Source: an uncultured Gemmataceae bacterium (GTDB taxonomy: Bacteria; Planctomycetota; Planctomycetia; Gemmatales; Gemmataceae). Taken from it: DNA of 64,000 bases. The stretch covers positions 384,001 to 448,000 of the forward strand of contig CAVVPN010000011.1 of the NCBI GenBank assembly GCA_963750165.1, given 5' to 3'. Positions 22,007-32,827 of the stretch are shown piece by piece. The translations under genes and the position numbers were made by a program. Below the pieces are notes generated by a model, which had not been told where the DNA came from, did not search any database, and was given only the letters and a program-made list of their open reading frames with translations. Each line of letters begins with the position of its first letter. The stretch's first letter is position 1.

Positions 22007-22510
22007 ATGCGGAAGCTGATCGGGGCCACTTTGGTGGCGGTATTGTGCCTGGTGGCGTGGGTGGGTGCCCGGGAGGGCGGTGAGCAAAAGGTGCCGCTCG
22101 ACAAGGTGCCGAAGGCCATCCTGGACAACGTGAAAACCCGCTTCCCCGGCGCCAAATTGCTCGGCGCCTCCTCCGAGAAGGAGGACGGCAAGGTCGTCTA
22201 CGAGATCGAGTTGACATACAAGGACCTGCACCACGACGTGACCTACGCGGCCAACGGCACGCTCATCCTTATCGAACGTGCGATCGCCTTCAAGAACCTG
22301 CCGAAGGTGGTCAGGACCACGCTGGAGAAAGAGTACCCGAAGGCTACTTACAAGATCATCGAGGAGGTCATCAAGGTGGCCGGCGGCAAGGAAATGCTGG
22401 ACTTCTACGAGGCGCACCTGCAAACGGCGGACAAGAAGACCATCGAGGTCGAGATCCTGCCGAACGGCAAGATCAAGAAGCCCGCGGCCAAACCGGAGTT
22501 GAAAAAGTAA
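22007..22510 (+). CDS. Periplasmic PepSY-like (BLIP-like) protein
   Basis: Signal peptide; two LP..V...L...YP / YE..L repeats. Confidence 0.8.
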   Translation: MRKLIGATLVAVLCLVAWVGAREGGEQKVPLDKVPKAILDNVKTRFPGAKLLGASSEKEDGKVVYEIELTYKDLHHDVTYAANGTLILIERAIAFKNLPKVVRTTLEKEYPKATYKIIEEVIKVAGGKEMLDFYEAHLQTADKKTIEVEILPNGKIKKPAAKPELKK

Positions 22511-22572
22511 GGTCTCTTTTCTGCCGCTGGCGGCCTGGCGCCAGGCCGCCAGCGGCGGAACAGGGCGGCATC

Positions 22573-23250
22573 ATGGGCATTCGCATCCTGGTGATCGAGG
22601 ACGAGGCCGACGTGGCTGACTACCTCGTCCGCGGTCTGCGCGAGGAGGGCTTCACCGTCGAGCACGCCGCCGATGGCCCGACCGCCTGGCACGCGCTGCG
22701 GCACGGCCCCTGGGACGTGGTGCTGCTCGACTGGTGGCTGCCCGGCGAGGACGGCCTGTCGCTGCTGCGCCGCTTCCGCCAGGGCGACCGCGATACACCG
22801 GTGCTGTTCCTGACCGCGCGCGATGCCGTCTCCGACCGTGTCCGTGGTCTGGATAACGGCGCCGACGATTACCTGTGCAAGCCCTTCGCCTTCGAGGAAT
22901 TGCTGGCCCGCGTCCGCGTCCTGGCCCGCCGCCGCGAACGCCAGCCCGGCACCACGGTCAGCCACGCCGGCGTCCGCATCGACCTCGCCACCCAGCGCGC
23001 CGACCGCGACGGCCACCCCCTCGACCTGACTGCCAAGGAACAATCGCTGCTGCTGTTCTTCCTCCGCCACCCCAATGAGGTGCTGTCGCGCATGCGCATC
23101 TATGAGCACGTCTGGGACGAGCGCTTCGACGGCCTGTCGAACACGCTGGAGGTCCACGTCAAGGAGCTGCGCCGCAAGTTGGAGGCACACGGGCCGCGGT
23201 TGATCCACACGCTGCGCGGCCGCGGCTACGTTTTCGGAGAGGCGCCATGA
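22573..23250 (+). CDS. OmpR/CusR-family response regulator
   Basis: ILVIEDE, LLDWWLP, LTARD, GADDYLCKPF, IHTLRGRGY. Confidence 0.95.
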   Translation: MGIRILVIEDEADVADYLVRGLREEGFTVEHAADGPTAWHALRHGPWDVVLLDWWLPGEDGLSLLRRFRQGDRDTPVLFLTARDAVSDRVRGLDNGADDYLCKPFAFEELLARVRVLARRRERQPGTTVSHAGVRIDLATQRADRDGHPLDLTAKEQSLLLFFLRHPNEVLSRMRIYEHVWDERFDGLSNTLEVHVKELRRKLEAHGPRLIHTLRGRGYVFGEAP

Positions 23251-24695
23251 GTTTGACGACACGACTGACGGCGTTCCTGCTGCTGGCGCTGGCGGTGGTG
23301 CTGGCCGGCTTCTCGGCGGCGCTGTACTTCCTGGCCCGCGCCTACCTGGAGCGGCAGACGGACGAGCGACTGACGGCCGCCTTGGACACGCTGGCGGCGT
23401 CGGCGGAAGTGGGCCGAGACGGCATCGAGTGGGAACGGCATGAGCGCGTCCGGACCATTGGAAAAGACCGCGGCCCCGATCAGGTCCGCTGGATCGTCCA
23501 CGGCGACGAGGGCCGCGTGCTGGAGCACTCCGCCAACCTGACCGGCGAGGAATTGCAGCCGGTCAAGGTAAAAAACAAGATGGACATCTTGATGAGTCGT
23601 CTGTCGGATAGCCAGGTTATCGAGCGAGAGGGACAGCGCTGGCGTGTGCGGAGTCGCCATCTGACATACCTGGGGGCTCCATTGAACGGGGTCCATTTCC
23701 CAAGGCAAACCAGCGTCAGGGAAAACCGACATTCCGGGCTGATCCTGACGGCCGCCGTCTCCCTGGCGCCGCAGGAGGAAGCGCTTTACAACCTGGTGCG
23801 GGCCCTGGCCGTGCTGTCGGTGGGCGTGCTACTCACGGCGGCGCTGCTCGGCCGCTGGTACTGCCGCCGGGCGCTGGCGCCGGTGACGGCGATGGCAACC
23901 GCCGCGCGTGACATGAGCGCCGGTGACTTCGACGGCCGCCTGCCCGCCCCCGGCACCCGCGACGAACTCGCCGATTTGGCCGCGGCGTTCAACGGCCTGC
24001 TCGGGCGGTTGCAGGAGGCGTTCGAGCGGCAGCGGCGCTTCACCGGCGACGCCTCGCACCAGTTGCGGACACCGCTGGCCGCCATGCTCGGGCAAGTGGA
24101 AGTCGGCCTGCGCCGCGAGCGCACGCCGGAGGACTACCGCGGCGTGCTCGTGCGGGTGCAGAACCAGGCCCAGCACCTGCGCGACATCGTGGAGATGCTG
24201 CTGTTCCTGGCCCGCGCCGACGCCGAGGCCCAGCTGCCACAGCTGGAGGTGGTCGAGCTGTCCGAATGGCTGACCGGGCACTTGCAGCACTGGCGCGAGC
24301 ACGCGCGCTGGGCGGATTTTCAGGTCCAGGCCGCGCCCGCTCCGGCGCGCGTGCAGCCGGCGCTGCTCGGCCAGCTGGTCGATAACCTGCTGGACAACGC
24401 TTGCAAGTACAGCCCGCCGGGCACGCCGATCACGGTGCGCGTCGAGGCGGACGCGGATGGGGTGACGCTGGCGGTCGAGGACGGCGGCCCCGGTGTTGGC
24501 CCGGAGGACGTGCCGCACCTGTTTGAGCCGTTCTTCCGCTCCGAACAGGCCCGGCGGTTGGGGTTGGCGGGCGTTGGCCTCGGGTTGGCCGTGGCCCGGC
24601 GTATCGCCACCGCGCTGGGCGGTATGCTCACGCTGGACGCCGCGCCCGGCCGGGGCGCGCGCTTCGTCACGCGCTTGCCGGCGGTCGTCGGCTAG
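23247..24695 (+). CDS. HAMP-containing sensor histidine kinase (CusS-like)
   Basis: Two TMs, HAMP, DASHQLRTPL, NLLDNACKYS, DGGPG, GLGLA. Confidence 0.95.
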   Translation: MSLTTRLTAFLLLALAVVLAGFSAALYFLARAYLERQTDERLTAALDTLAASAEVGRDGIEWERHERVRTIGKDRGPDQVRWIVHGDEGRVLEHSANLTGEELQPVKVKNKMDILMSRLSDSQVIEREGQRWRVRSRHLTYLGAPLNGVHFPRQTSVRENRHSGLILTAAVSLAPQEEALYNLVRALAVLSVGVLLTAALLGRWYCRRALAPVTAMATAARDMSAGDFDGRLPAPGTRDELADLAAAFNGLLGRLQEAFERQRRFTGDASHQLRTPLAAMLGQVEVGLRRERTPEDYRGVLVRVQNQAQHLRDIVEMLLFLARADAEAQLPQLEVVELSEWLTGHLQHWREHARWADFQVQAAPAPARVQPALLGQLVDNLLDNACKYSPPGTPITVRVEADADGVTLAVEDGGPGVGPEDVPHLFEPFFRSEQARRLGLAGVGLGLAVARRIATALGGMLTLDAAPGRGARFVTRLPAVVG

Positions 24696-24968
24696 AGCGT
24701 GTTGCCGCTGGGCGTGGCGGTGTTATTCTGGTCCGACAAGACCGCATCCGCCGCCGGCAACTCCCTCCAGTCGCTACCGCCGGTCGCCTCGCGCGCTCGC
24801 CTTGGTCCGGTTTTGGGGCCAGTGCGGAAGACAGGGCTGAGCGGGAAAGATTTGCCGCTCCGTCAGGCCAAAACGTGATTGCCGGCCGCTACCCCCCAGG
24901 GTTCAATACGATAGCATGGCGAAAGTTTGTCGATCCTGACGCCGCCTGGTCGCCGGAGAGTTCCCTTC

Positions 24969-26243
24969 ATGAAAACGCTGATGCCGGCCGCGACGCTGCT
25001 GCTGGGGGCGGCACTGCTGGCCCTGCCCGGCCTGGGCTGCAACCAGCCAAAATCGGGCGGCGGCACCGCCGCGGCGCCCACGCAAAAGCCCAAGTCCGAG
25101 GGTGAGTTAGCCTACTTGCTTCTGGCCCAGGATGAGGTCAAGAACCTGGTTGAAACGCAGAAGATCAAGCCGCGGCTCGTCCAGGCCCACGCCGACCTGA
25201 CCGGCTGGGTCACGCCCAAACAGGGCCACGAGGTCACGCTGACCGCGCCGGTCCCCGGTTACGTCCTCGACCCGGCCAGGGACCGGTTGCTGCCGATCGT
25301 CGGTCAGATGGTCCAGGCCGACGACGTGCTGCTCCGCATCCGGCCCCAGCTTTCTCCGGTCGAGATCGTTCAGGTCGATCTGCTCAAGAACGGCGTCGAA
25401 CTCGAAGTGACCAAGGCGAAGGAGACACTCAAGCTCGCCGGGATGGAGTACGAGCGCACCTACGACCTGTCCAAGAGCGGCCTCGCGCAGCAGCAGGATC
25501 TCGACCAGAAAGCGATGCGCCTCAAACACGCCCAGAAAGATTTCGAGGCCGCGGAAAGCAAGATGAAACTGTTCCTGTATAACACGCTCGCCGTGGTCGC
25601 ACCGCGGGCCGGCAAGGTGGCCATCGTCCATGTCAGCCCTGGTCAGTACGTGCCGGCGGCGGCGCCGCTGCTCACCATCCTGGATTTCAACCCCGTCTGG
25701 GTGCGCGTACCGCTGCCGGAGGAAGACCTGCCGCGATTGGACCGCCAGCAGGACGCCACGGTAGCGCTGCGCACGGCGCTTGCCGAGCGCGGCAAGGCGG
25801 ATAACGGCAAGGTCGGCTGGGCCGAACTGCCGTCGTTCACGGCGGCGCTGGTGGCCGTGGTGCCGCTCGTGGACCCCGGCCGCCATACGGTGGACGTGAT
25901 CTACGAGTTGAAGCAAGCGCAGGACCGGCCGGTGCCGGCCGAACTGTTCGCCAAGGATTTGATGGTCACGGCCCACCTGCCGCTGGGCGAAAAGCGCGAC
26001 GAGAGCCTGGTGCCGTACTCCGCCGTCGTCTTCGATGCCCACGGCGGTGCCTGGATCTACCTGGACCGCGGCAAGGCCAAGTCCGGCAAGCAGCAGTACC
26101 AGCGCCAGCGCATCGAAGTCGGCGCCCGCGTCGGCAACGCGGTGATCGTCCGCCCGACGTTGGCCGCGGACACCTCCGTGGTCACACGCGGTGCCGCCGA
26201 GTTGTTCAGCATTGAGTTCTACAAGGCGCGCGTCAACCCCTAA
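24969..26243 (+). CDS. RND membrane fusion (adaptor) lipoprotein
   Basis: Lipobox-like GLGC, coiled-coil hairpin, APRAGKV..VSPGQYV, VPYSAVV. Confidence 0.88.
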   Translation: MKTLMPAATLLLGAALLALPGLGCNQPKSGGGTAAAPTQKPKSEGELAYLLLAQDEVKNLVETQKIKPRLVQAHADLTGWVTPKQGHEVTLTAPVPGYVLDPARDRLLPIVGQMVQADDVLLRIRPQLSPVEIVQVDLLKNGVELEVTKAKETLKLAGMEYERTYDLSKSGLAQQQDLDQKAMRLKHAQKDFEAAESKMKLFLYNTLAVVAPRAGKVAIVHVSPGQYVPAAAPLLTILDFNPVWVRVPLPEEDLPRLDRQQDATVALRTALAERGKADNGKVGWAELPSFTAALVAVVPLVDPGRHTVDVIYELKQAQDRPVPAELFAKDLMVTAHLPLGEKRDESLVPYSAVVFDAHGGAWIYLDRGKAKSGKQQYQRQRIEVGARVGNAVIVRPTLAADTSVVTRGAAELFSIEFYKARVNP

Positions 26244-26291
26244 CCAAACTCCCCTCTTCCCGGGCGCGGGTGAGGGGCAAGAGTCGCTACC

Positions 26292-29200
26292 ATGCTCCGT
26301 TCCCTGGTCCAGGCGTCGTTGCGCTTCCGCTTTGTGGTCGTCCTCGCCGCGCTGGCGCTGATCGTCGTCGGCGTCTACTCCATCCAGCACACGCCGCTCG
26401 ACGTGTTCCCCGAGTTCGCGCCGCCACGGGTCGAGGTGCAGACCGAGGCGCCCGGCATGTCGAGCGAGTCGGTCGAGAGCCTCGTCACCATCCCGCTGGA
26501 AAACGCGGTCAACGGCGTGCCGCAGATGACCGTGCTGCGCTCCAAGTCGGTGCAGGGCCTGTCGTCGGTGGTGATGCTCTTCGACCGCGACACCGACCTG
26601 TTCAAGGTGCGACAGATGGTCGCGGAGCGCGTCGCCGAGGTCAAGCACCAGCTGCCGCAGCAGGTCGGCACGCCGCGGCTGATGCCGCCCTTGTCGTCCA
26701 CCAGCCGCGTGCTGCACATCGGCCTGACCGCCAAACCGAAGGAGCAGCTCAAGCCCGGCGAGCCCGAACTCGATCAGACGGACGTGTCGGTGCTGATGAA
26801 ATGGGTGATCGGCCCGCGGTTGCTGGCGGTGCCGGGCGTCGCCAACGTCTCGACCTACGGCCTGCACGACAAGCAGTTCCAGGTGCTCATCAAGCCGCAG
26901 GTGCTGCGCGACTACGGCCTGACGCTGGAGCAGGTCAAGGCGGCACTGAAGAACGGCGTCATCTACGGCGGCCTCGGCTACCACGTGTCGCCGAACCAGC
27001 AGATCGCCCTGCACTACATCACGCGCATTGAGCGTCAGGAAGACCTCAAGCAGATTGTCGTGGCCCATCGCAAGGACACGACGCCGTTGCTGCTCGGCCA
27101 GGTGGCGACCATCAAGCCGGGCAACCCGCTGTTCATCGGCGACGGCGTCGTCAATGACCGCCCTGGCCTGTTCGTCGTCGTCGAAAAATTCCCCTGGGCG
27201 AACACGCTGCAGGTGACCCGCGAGACCGAAAAGGTCATGAAGACACTGGAACCGAGCCTGCCCGGTGTCGAGGTCACAACCAAAATCTTCCGCCCCGCCA
27301 CGTTCATCGAACACGCGCTGGACAACCTCCAGTTCGCCATGATCGTCGGCTGCATTCTGGTGGCGCTCATCCTGATCGCCTTCCTGTTCGAGTGGCGCAC
27401 CGCCGTCATCAGCCTGACCGCCATACCGCTATCCATCGTCGCTGCGCTACTGGTGCTCAGCCGCCTGGGCATGACCATTAACACCATGGTGCTCGCGGGC
27501 CTGGCCATCGCGGTCGGCGAGGTCGTGGACGACGCCATTATTGACGTGGAAAACATCGTCCGGCGACTCCAGGAGAACCGCAAGCTCGGGAATCCGCGCT
27601 CCGCCTTTCGCGTGGTGCTGGACGCCTCACTGGAGGTGCGCAGCGCCGTCGTCTACGCCAGTTTCATTGTGGTGTTCGTGTGCCTGCCGATCTTCTTCCT
27701 GGGCGGCGTGGCCGGGTCATTTTTCCAGCCGCTGGCGCTGGCATACATCTTCGCCATCATGGCGTCGCTGGTGGTCGCCCTGGTCGTGACGCCGGCGCTG
27801 TGCTACATCCTGCTGCCCGGGGCCATCGACAAGCACCGCACCGCACCGCTGGTCGTGGCCATCCGCGCCGTCTACAGTCGCGTGTTGCCGACGTTCCTCC
27901 GCCGGCCCGTCATCGTCTTCGGCGCCCTCGTGGCGCTGTTCGCCGCCGCCGCCTGGCTGTACCCGCATCTCAAGGAGGCGTACCTGCCGCAGTTCCAGGA
28001 GAACGATTTCCTGATGCACTGGGTCGCCAAGCCCGGCACCAACATCGACGTACTCCGTGAGGACATCATCAAGGTCAGCAAGGAAATGCGCACCACCACA
28101 AAGGTGAAGGAATTCGGCTCGCACATCGCCCGCGCCGAGGTTGGCGAGGAGGTCTACGGTCCGAACTTTTCCGAGCTGTGGGTCAGCCTCGGCGACGACC
28201 CGGTTGAGGACTATCCGAAGGCGCGCAAGGACATTGAAGCGGTCATGGCCCGCTACCCCGGTTATCAGCACGACCTGTTAACCTATCTGCAAGAACGCAT
28301 CCGTGAGGTGCTGACCGGCGGCAGCAGCGGCGCCAGCGTCGTGCTGCGCATCTACGGGCCGGACCTGGGCGGGCTGCGCGATCGCGCGGCGGAGGTGGAG
28401 CAGGCCATCGCCAAGGGGCCGGACGGCAAAATGGTCGAGGGCGTCATCAACCTCAAGGTCGAACCGCAAGTGCTGGTGCCGCAGTTCCAGCTGGTCATCG
28501 ACCCGCGCCGTGCCGCCGACCACGGCCTGACCGCCAAGGCCATCGTTGATAGCGTCAATGCCCTGGTCAACGGCGTCAAGGTCGCAGAGGTCCACCAGAA
28601 TCAGATGATCTTTGACGTGGTCGTCTGGGGCGACCCGAGTATCCGCCGCACGTACCCGGATCTGGAAAAACTCGACATCGACCTGCCGACCACGAAAGGC
28701 GGCACGGTGCCGCTTAAGGCCGTCGCCGAGCTGCGCCGGGTCAACGCCCCGAACACCGTGCGCCGCGACAAGGCGTCGCGCTGCATCGACGTGACCTGCA
28801 ACATCAAGGACCGCGACCTCGGCAGCGTCGTCCGCGACATCGAGGCGCGCGTCGGCGCGCTGCCGGCGCGAACCGGTTACCGTATCGAGTTCCTGGGTGA
28901 GTACCAGGCCCGCGAGGAGAATCAGCGGCAGTTGCTCGGCGTTAGCCTGCTGGCGCTGCTGGGTATTGCGGTGCTGCTGTACATCGACTTCCGTTCGGTG
29001 CGGCTGATGCTGCTGGTGATGCTGACGCTGCCGTTCGCGCTGATCGGCGGCGTGGCGGCGGCGTACGCCGCTGGCGGCGTGCTGTCGCTCGGCTCGCTGG
29101 TCGGCTTTATCACGGTCATCGGCATCGCGGCGCGCAACGGTATCATGCTCGTCAGCCATTACCGCCACCTGGAGACGGTCGAGGGCGTGCCCTTCGGCCG

Positions 29201-29543
29201 TGAGTTGGTGCTGCGCGGTTCCGCCGAGCGCGTCGCGCCCATCCTCATGACGGCGCTGGCAGCGGGCCTGGGTCTGTTGCCGCTGGCGCTGAGCGGTAGC
29301 AAGCCCGGCTACGAGGTCGAGTACCCGATGGCGGTCGTCATCCTCGGCGGTCTGACCACATCGACGCTGCTGAACCTGCTGGTGCTGCCAGTGCTCTACG
29401 AGCGCTTCGGCCGTGTGCTGCCGCGCGAGGAGGGCGACGAGGACGAGCCGGCCCACCCGGTTGCCGCCGCGAAGGAAACCAACGGTGAAGCCGCCTCACG
29501 AGATGTGCCTGTCGCTCTGGGCGAGCAGGGGGCACTCGCCTGA
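26292..29543 (+). CDS. CzcA/CusA-family heavy-metal RND transporter
   Basis: [54 protein letters not shown]. Confidence 0.93.
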   Translation: MLRSLVQASLRFRFVVVLAALALIVVGVYSIQHTPLDVFPEFAPPRVEVQTEAPGMSSESVESLVTIPLENAVNGVPQMTVLRSKSVQGLSSVVMLFDRDTDLFKVRQMVAERVAEVKHQLPQQVGTPRLMPPLSSTSRVLHIGLTAKPKEQLKPGEPELDQTDVSVLMKWVIGPRLLAVPGVANVSTYGLHDKQFQVLIKPQVLRDYGLTLEQVKAALKNGVIYGGLGYHVSPNQQIALHYITRIERQEDLKQIVVAHRKDTTPLLLGQVATIKPGNPLFIGDGVVNDRPGLFVVVEKFPWANTLQVTRETEKVMKTLEPSLPGVEVTTKIFRPATFIEHALDNLQFAMIVGCILVALILIAFLFEWRTAVISLTAIPLSIVAALLVLSRLGMTINTMVLAGLAIAVGEVVDDAIIDVENIVRRLQENRKLGNPRSAFRVVLDASLEVRSAVVYASFIVVFVCLPIFFLGGVAGSFFQPLALAYIFAIMASLVVALVVTPALCYILLPGAIDKHRTAPLVVAIRAVYSRVLPTFLRRPVIVFGALVALFAAAAWLYPHLKEAYLPQFQENDFLMHWVAKPGTNIDVLREDIIKVSKEMRTTTKVKEFGSHIARAEVGEEVYGPNFSELWVSLGDDPVEDYPKARKDIEAVMARYPGYQHDLLTYLQERIREVLTGGSSGASVVLRIYGPDLGGLRDRAAEVEQAIAKGPDGKMVEGVINLKVEPQVLVPQFQLVIDPRRAADHGLTAKAIVDSVNALVNGVKVAEVHQNQMIFDVVVWGDPSIRRTYPDLEKLDIDLPTTKGGTVPLKAVAELRRVNAPNTVRRDKASRCIDVTCNIKDRDLGSVVRDIEARVGALPARTGYRIEFLGEYQAREENQRQLLGVSLLALLGIAVLLYIDFRSVRLMLLVMLTLPFALIGGVAAAYAAGGVLSLGSLVGFITVIGIAARNGIMLVSHYRHLETVEGVPFGRELVLRGSAERVAPILMTALAAGLGLLPLALSGSKPGYEVEYPMAVVILGGLTTSTLLNLLVLPVLYERFGRVLPREEGDEDEPAHPVAAAKETNGEAASRDVPVALGEQGALA

Positions 29544-29560
29544 TTGCGGCGGCTTGTCTC

Positions 29561-29616
29561 TGGTCCGAGCCCGAGCGCCAGCGAGAGGCCCCTCGCTGGC
29601 GCTCGGGCTTTGACCA
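29561..29616. repeat. REP-like palindrome family A, copy 1
   Basis: TGGTC.GAGCCCGAGCGCCAGCG...CGCTGGCGCTCGGGCT..GACCA; also at 36711 and 51154. Confidence 0.85.
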
Positions 29617-29649
29617 GAGCGGGTTGTTGATCTGGAGCAAGCAGGAACC

Positions 29650-30621
29650 ATGACCAGACCCCATCGGCCGCGCGGCCGGCGCAGCACTCCGGCCGGCGAG
29701 CACCGCGCCGTGCTGCTCGACGAGGTGCTGCGCGTGCTGGCGCCGCAGCCGGGAGAAATCGCCGTCGATGGCACCACCGGCTGGGGCGGCCACGCGGTCG
29801 AGCTGCTGCGCCGCGTCGGGCCGACGGGCCGGCTGCTTGGCCTCGACCTCGATGCCGACAACCTGCCGCGTGCCCGCGAACGCCTGGAGGCGCTGGGGCT
29901 GCCGTTCGCGCTGCAGCACGGCAACTTCGCGGGGCTGCCGCAGGCGCTGGCGGCGAAGGGGCTGACCGCGGTGGACGTGGTGCTGGCGGACCTGGGCATG
30001 TCGAGCATGCAGCTGGACGACGCCGAACGCGGCTTCAGCTACCGGCGCGACGGCCCGCTCGACATGCGCATGGACCGCACGCGCGGCCGGTCGGCGGCGC
30101 AGCTGCTGGCGACGCTGCCGCAGGCGGAGCTGGCGGCAGCGCTGCGCGAGCTGGGCGACGAGCCGGACGCGGAGCGGATCGCGGCGGCGGTGGTGGTGGC
30201 GCGCGGCCGGCGGCCGCTGGAGCGCACCGGCGAACTGGCGGAGCTGATTTTGGAGGCGACGCAGGCGGGGCGGCCGTGGCGGCTGCGGCCGGCGGCGGAC
30301 AAATGGCAGACGCACCCGGCGGCGCGGACGTTCCAGGCGTTGCGCATCCTCGTCAACCGCGAGGTGGGGAATTTACAGGCGCTGCTGCGGACGCTGCCGG
30401 CGTGTCTGCGGCCGGGCGGGCGTGTGGCCATTATCAGCTTCCACAGCGGCGAGGACCGGCTGGTCAAGGCGGCGTTCCGCGAGGGGGTGCGGGCGAGCGT
30501 GTACGCGGCGGCGGCGGACGAGCCGGTACGGCCGACGTTCGCGGAGCGCAGCGCCAACCCGCGGGCGCGCTCGGCCAAGCTGCGCCGGGCGCGGAAGGCG
30601 GGCGCCGCGGAAAATAGCTAG
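29650..30621 (+). CDS. rsmH: 16S rRNA C1402 N4-methyltransferase RsmH (MraW)
   Basis: H..VLLDEV, DGTTGWGGH, DLGMSSMQLD...RGFSY..DGPLDMRMD, FQALRILVN.E, ISFHSGEDRLVK, NPRARSAKLR. Confidence 0.93.
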   Translation: MTRPHRPRGRRSTPAGEHRAVLLDEVLRVLAPQPGEIAVDGTTGWGGHAVELLRRVGPTGRLLGLDLDADNLPRARERLEALGLPFALQHGNFAGLPQALAAKGLTAVDVVLADLGMSSMQLDDAERGFSYRRDGPLDMRMDRTRGRSAAQLLATLPQAELAAALRELGDEPDAERIAAAVVVARGRRPLERTGELAELILEATQAGRPWRLRPAADKWQTHPAARTFQALRILVNREVGNLQALLRTLPACLRPGGRVAIISFHSGEDRLVKAAFREGVRASVYAAAADEPVRPTFAERSANPRARSAKLRRARKAGAAENS

Positions 30622-30651
30622 GACGCGGTTTCCAAACCAGCCCGGAGCGCC

Positions 30652-30705
30652 ACGCACCTGGTTGAGCAACCGCGGCGCCGGCGGTGGACTGGCGGATGGA
30701 GTCAT
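30652..30705 (-). pseudogene. intI: N-terminal stub of integron integrase IntI
   Basis: AGGAGG RBS then MTPSASPPPAPRLLNQVR, matching the IntI N-terminal P(R/K)LLDQVR motif; oriented divergently from the cassette array; the rest of the gene is absent. Confidence 0.6.
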
Positions 30706-30830
30706 GGGCATCCTCCTGTCAGGGGATTGTAGGTGGTTGCAGTGTACTCCCGACCAGACTGGCCACAAAGGAGTGTCTTTCAAAAAAGAGAAAAAAAGTG
30801 CGCGTTTCTTTCATTTCGAGAACATAGCGG

Positions 30831-30881
30831 TTACACTCGGCCGCGGGCGCTGGCAATGCCAGCGCCCGCGGCCGAGTGTAA
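30831..30881. repeat. Near-perfect palindrome in the intI-attI region
   Basis: TTACACTCGGCCGCGGGCGCTGGCA-A-TGCCAGCGCCCGCGGCCGAGTGTAA. Confidence 0.85.
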
Positions 30882-30899
30882 AACCTGAAAGATGAGCCT

Positions 30900-30937
30900 T
30901 GCTATCGCGCGCGGCGCGCGATAATCAGATGTTCGGC
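30900..30937 (+). mobile_element. Putative integron attI site (crossover G/TTCGGC at 30931)
   Basis: GTTCGGC at 30931-30937 is exactly complementary to the inverse core GCCGAAC of the first attC; no attC hairpin precedes it. Confidence 0.6.
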
Positions 30938-30969
30938 GGCAGGAGACCATCACAACAACCGAGGCGGCA

Positions 30970-31449
30970 ATGGGCGAGCGGTGGGATGAGGATGACGAAG
31001 ATGTGATGAGCTTCCTTGAGAAGATCGAGGCCGCGCTCCGCCGAATGATCGTTGGCGTTTTCCGGTTCATTTTCGTCCGCCTGCCCATGTGGGTGTACGA
31101 ACTCGGGAAGGGGTTCTTCGATTGGATCGGGCGAGCGCTCGGTTACATGGTCCGCTTGACCGTGAAGTTGGCTCGAGTCCTGTGCTTGGCCGTGGTGTGG
31201 TTGGCGCTGGTGTTCGGACCGCTCACAGCTAGCCTCTGCTGGGATTGGCCGCTGAAGCGGTCGGCGACGACGCCGCCCGGCCAGTCGGTTCCCGCGAAGC
31301 CGCCACCCGCGTCCATCCCACCAGGTTCGATCACGGGTGTAGCCACGTGGCATGTCCTTGGGGCATCTTGGGCGGTGATTGGGCTGATCGGTTCTGTGTG
31401 GGGTGTGCGGAGCCGGTGGCACACGCGGCGTACGCCGGATCTGGATTGA
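30970..31449 (+). CDS. Cassette 1: hypothetical membrane protein
   Basis: ORF directly after attI with GAGG RBS; hydrophobic segments. Confidence 0.65.
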   Translation: MGERWDEDDEDVMSFLEKIEAALRRMIVGVFRFIFVRLPMWVYELGKGFFDWIGRALGYMVRLTVKLARVLCLAVVWLALVFGPLTASLCWDWPLKRSATTPPGQSVPAKPPPASIPPGSITGVATWHVLGASWAVIGLIGSVWGVRSRWHTRRTPDLD

Positions 31450-31580
31450 CGATCATGTGCTGGCCAGTGGGGAACAGCAAGAGGCCGCCCCAGGAACTTC
31501 TCTTGAGGATAGAGGATCGGTGATGTGGCTAGCCGTAAAAGGGGACGCGGACCGTTTCGTGAGTTAGCATGGGGCGCCGG

Positions 31581-31676
31581 GCCGAACCATCTGCTGCAGA
31601 CCGGCCACGCGATTTGGGTTGTTCCAGCTTCAGCGCCGCTTCCGCGTGAGCCGGCTGCTGAGCTTTGGCGTTCGGC
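31581..31676 (+). mobile_element. attC site 1 (96 bp)
   Basis: GCCGAAC...GTTCGGC ends with internal imperfect dyad (GCAGACCGGCCACGCG / CGCGTGAGCCGGCTGC). Confidence 0.8.
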
Positions 31677-31777
31677 CTTCTGAAGTGGGGCCGTCCTGTT
31701 GAGCAGTTGACGCCTGGGGCGGTTCGTGGGACCATAAACAATCGGGGTGTTAAAAGCGCTGCCGTGGGAGACGAACC

Positions 31778-32035
31778 ATGCCTCAGACCGTTGAACTACC
31801 CGATGATCTGGCCGAGGCCCTGACCGACGAGGCATCGCGCCTGGGGTTGTCGCTGCCCGATTATACCGTTCGCCTACTAATGTCCGCCCGGCCGGCCGTG
31901 GCCGCGGTTCGGAGCGGTGCGGACCTCGTCGCCTTCTGGCGGGCCGAGGGCTTGGTCGGCAGCCGACCGGACATTACCGATGCCCAGGCTGAAGGCCGCC
32001 GCCTCCGCGATCAGGCTCAGCGCCGCGGGGCCTAA
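31778..32035 (+). CDS. Cassette 2: putative antitoxin
   Basis: Small ORF (TVELPDDL...L..EA.RLGLSL..Y) upstream of a PIN toxin. Confidence 0.75.
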   Translation: MPQTVELPDDLAEALTDEASRLGLSLPDYTVRLLMSARPAVAAVRSGADLVAFWRAEGLVGSRPDITDAQAEGRRLRDQAQRRGA

Positions 32036-32040
32036 CCGCC

Positions 32041-32421
32041 ATGCTCGTCCTCGACACCGACGTACTGATCGACGTGCAACGCGGGCACGCCGCCGCCCTG
32101 GCTTGGTTCGCAGGCCTCACTGAGCTGCCGACTGTGCCCGGGCTGGTCGTCATGGAGTTGATCCAGGGGGCGCAGAACGCCGGGCAGGTTCGCGATGTGT
32201 TGCGGCTGACCGCTCCCCTGCCCATCGTCTGGCCGACGACCGCGGACTGCCAGCGGGCACTGGCCGACTTTACGGCCTTCCACCTGCCGCACGGACTCGG
32301 GTTGCTGGACGCCCTGATCGCGGCCATCACCGTCGGTCTTTCGGCAGTGTTGTGTACGTTCAACGACAAGCACTACCGGATCGTGCCCGGCCTCGTGACG
32401 GGCCAGCCCTACATCCGGTAG
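32041..32421 (+). CDS. vapC: Cassette 2: VapC/PIN-domain toxin
   Basis: LVLDTDVLID, MELIQG, LLDALIAA, TFNDKHY. Confidence 0.9.
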   Translation: MLVLDTDVLIDVQRGHAAALAWFAGLTELPTVPGLVVMELIQGAQNAGQVRDVLRLTAPLPIVWPTTADCQRALADFTAFHLPHGLGLLDALIAAITVGLSAVLCTFNDKHYRIVPGLVTGQPYIR

Positions 32422-32425
32422 GCGG

Positions 32426-32515
32426 GCCGAACCAGGTGTTGCACGTGACGGGCCAACTGAGGTCAATCGGATACGCCCAGCCCACTCGGCCCGCACGTGA
32501 ATTGAGTTGTTCGGA
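32426..32515 (+). mobile_element. attC site 2 (90 bp)
   Basis: GCCGAAC...CACGTGACGGGCC...GGCCCGCACGTG...GTTCGGA. Confidence 0.88.
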
Positions 32516-32557
32516 ACAGATTCGGTGGAAGGGGGCGAGTAGGGCTTGCTTGGGCAC

Positions 32558-32586
32558 TTGACAGTCCTTCCCCTGGCCTGGACAAT
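32558..32586 (+). promoter_or_regulatory. Internal sigma70-type promoter of TA cassette 3
   Basis: TTGACA-N17-GACAAT. Confidence 0.6.
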
Positions 32587-32614
32587 TCAGTGTCATCGCC
32601 CGGGAGACCATCCG

Positions 32615-32827
32615 ATGACCCCTGCACACCGCGTCGAAACCGTCCTCTCGGAAGACGGCAAGCTGTCGCTCGACCGGCTCCCCTTCCGGGCCGGCCAGGC
32701 GGTCGAGGTGATCGTCCTGCCAGCGTCGGCCCCGGCGCCTGCTAGCCAGCCGCTCCGCGGCACACTCCTCCGCTACGACCGGCCAACCGAGCCGGTCGCC
32801 GAGGCTGACTGGGACGCCCTCCGGTGA
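32615..32827 (+). CDS. Cassette 3: putative antitoxin
   Basis: LSEDGKLSL..LPFRAGQAVEVIV...PLRG...YDRPTEPV...W; GTGA overlap with the toxin. Confidence 0.78.
   Translation: MTPAHRVETVLSEDGKLSLDRLPFRAGQAVEVIVLPASAPAPASQPLRGTLLRYDRPTEPVAEADWDALR

Noticed and set aside
29650..30621. rsmH outside a dcw cluster as a novelty
   Set aside because: Planctomycetes have fragmented dcw clusters and may carry paralogues, so this is uninformative alone
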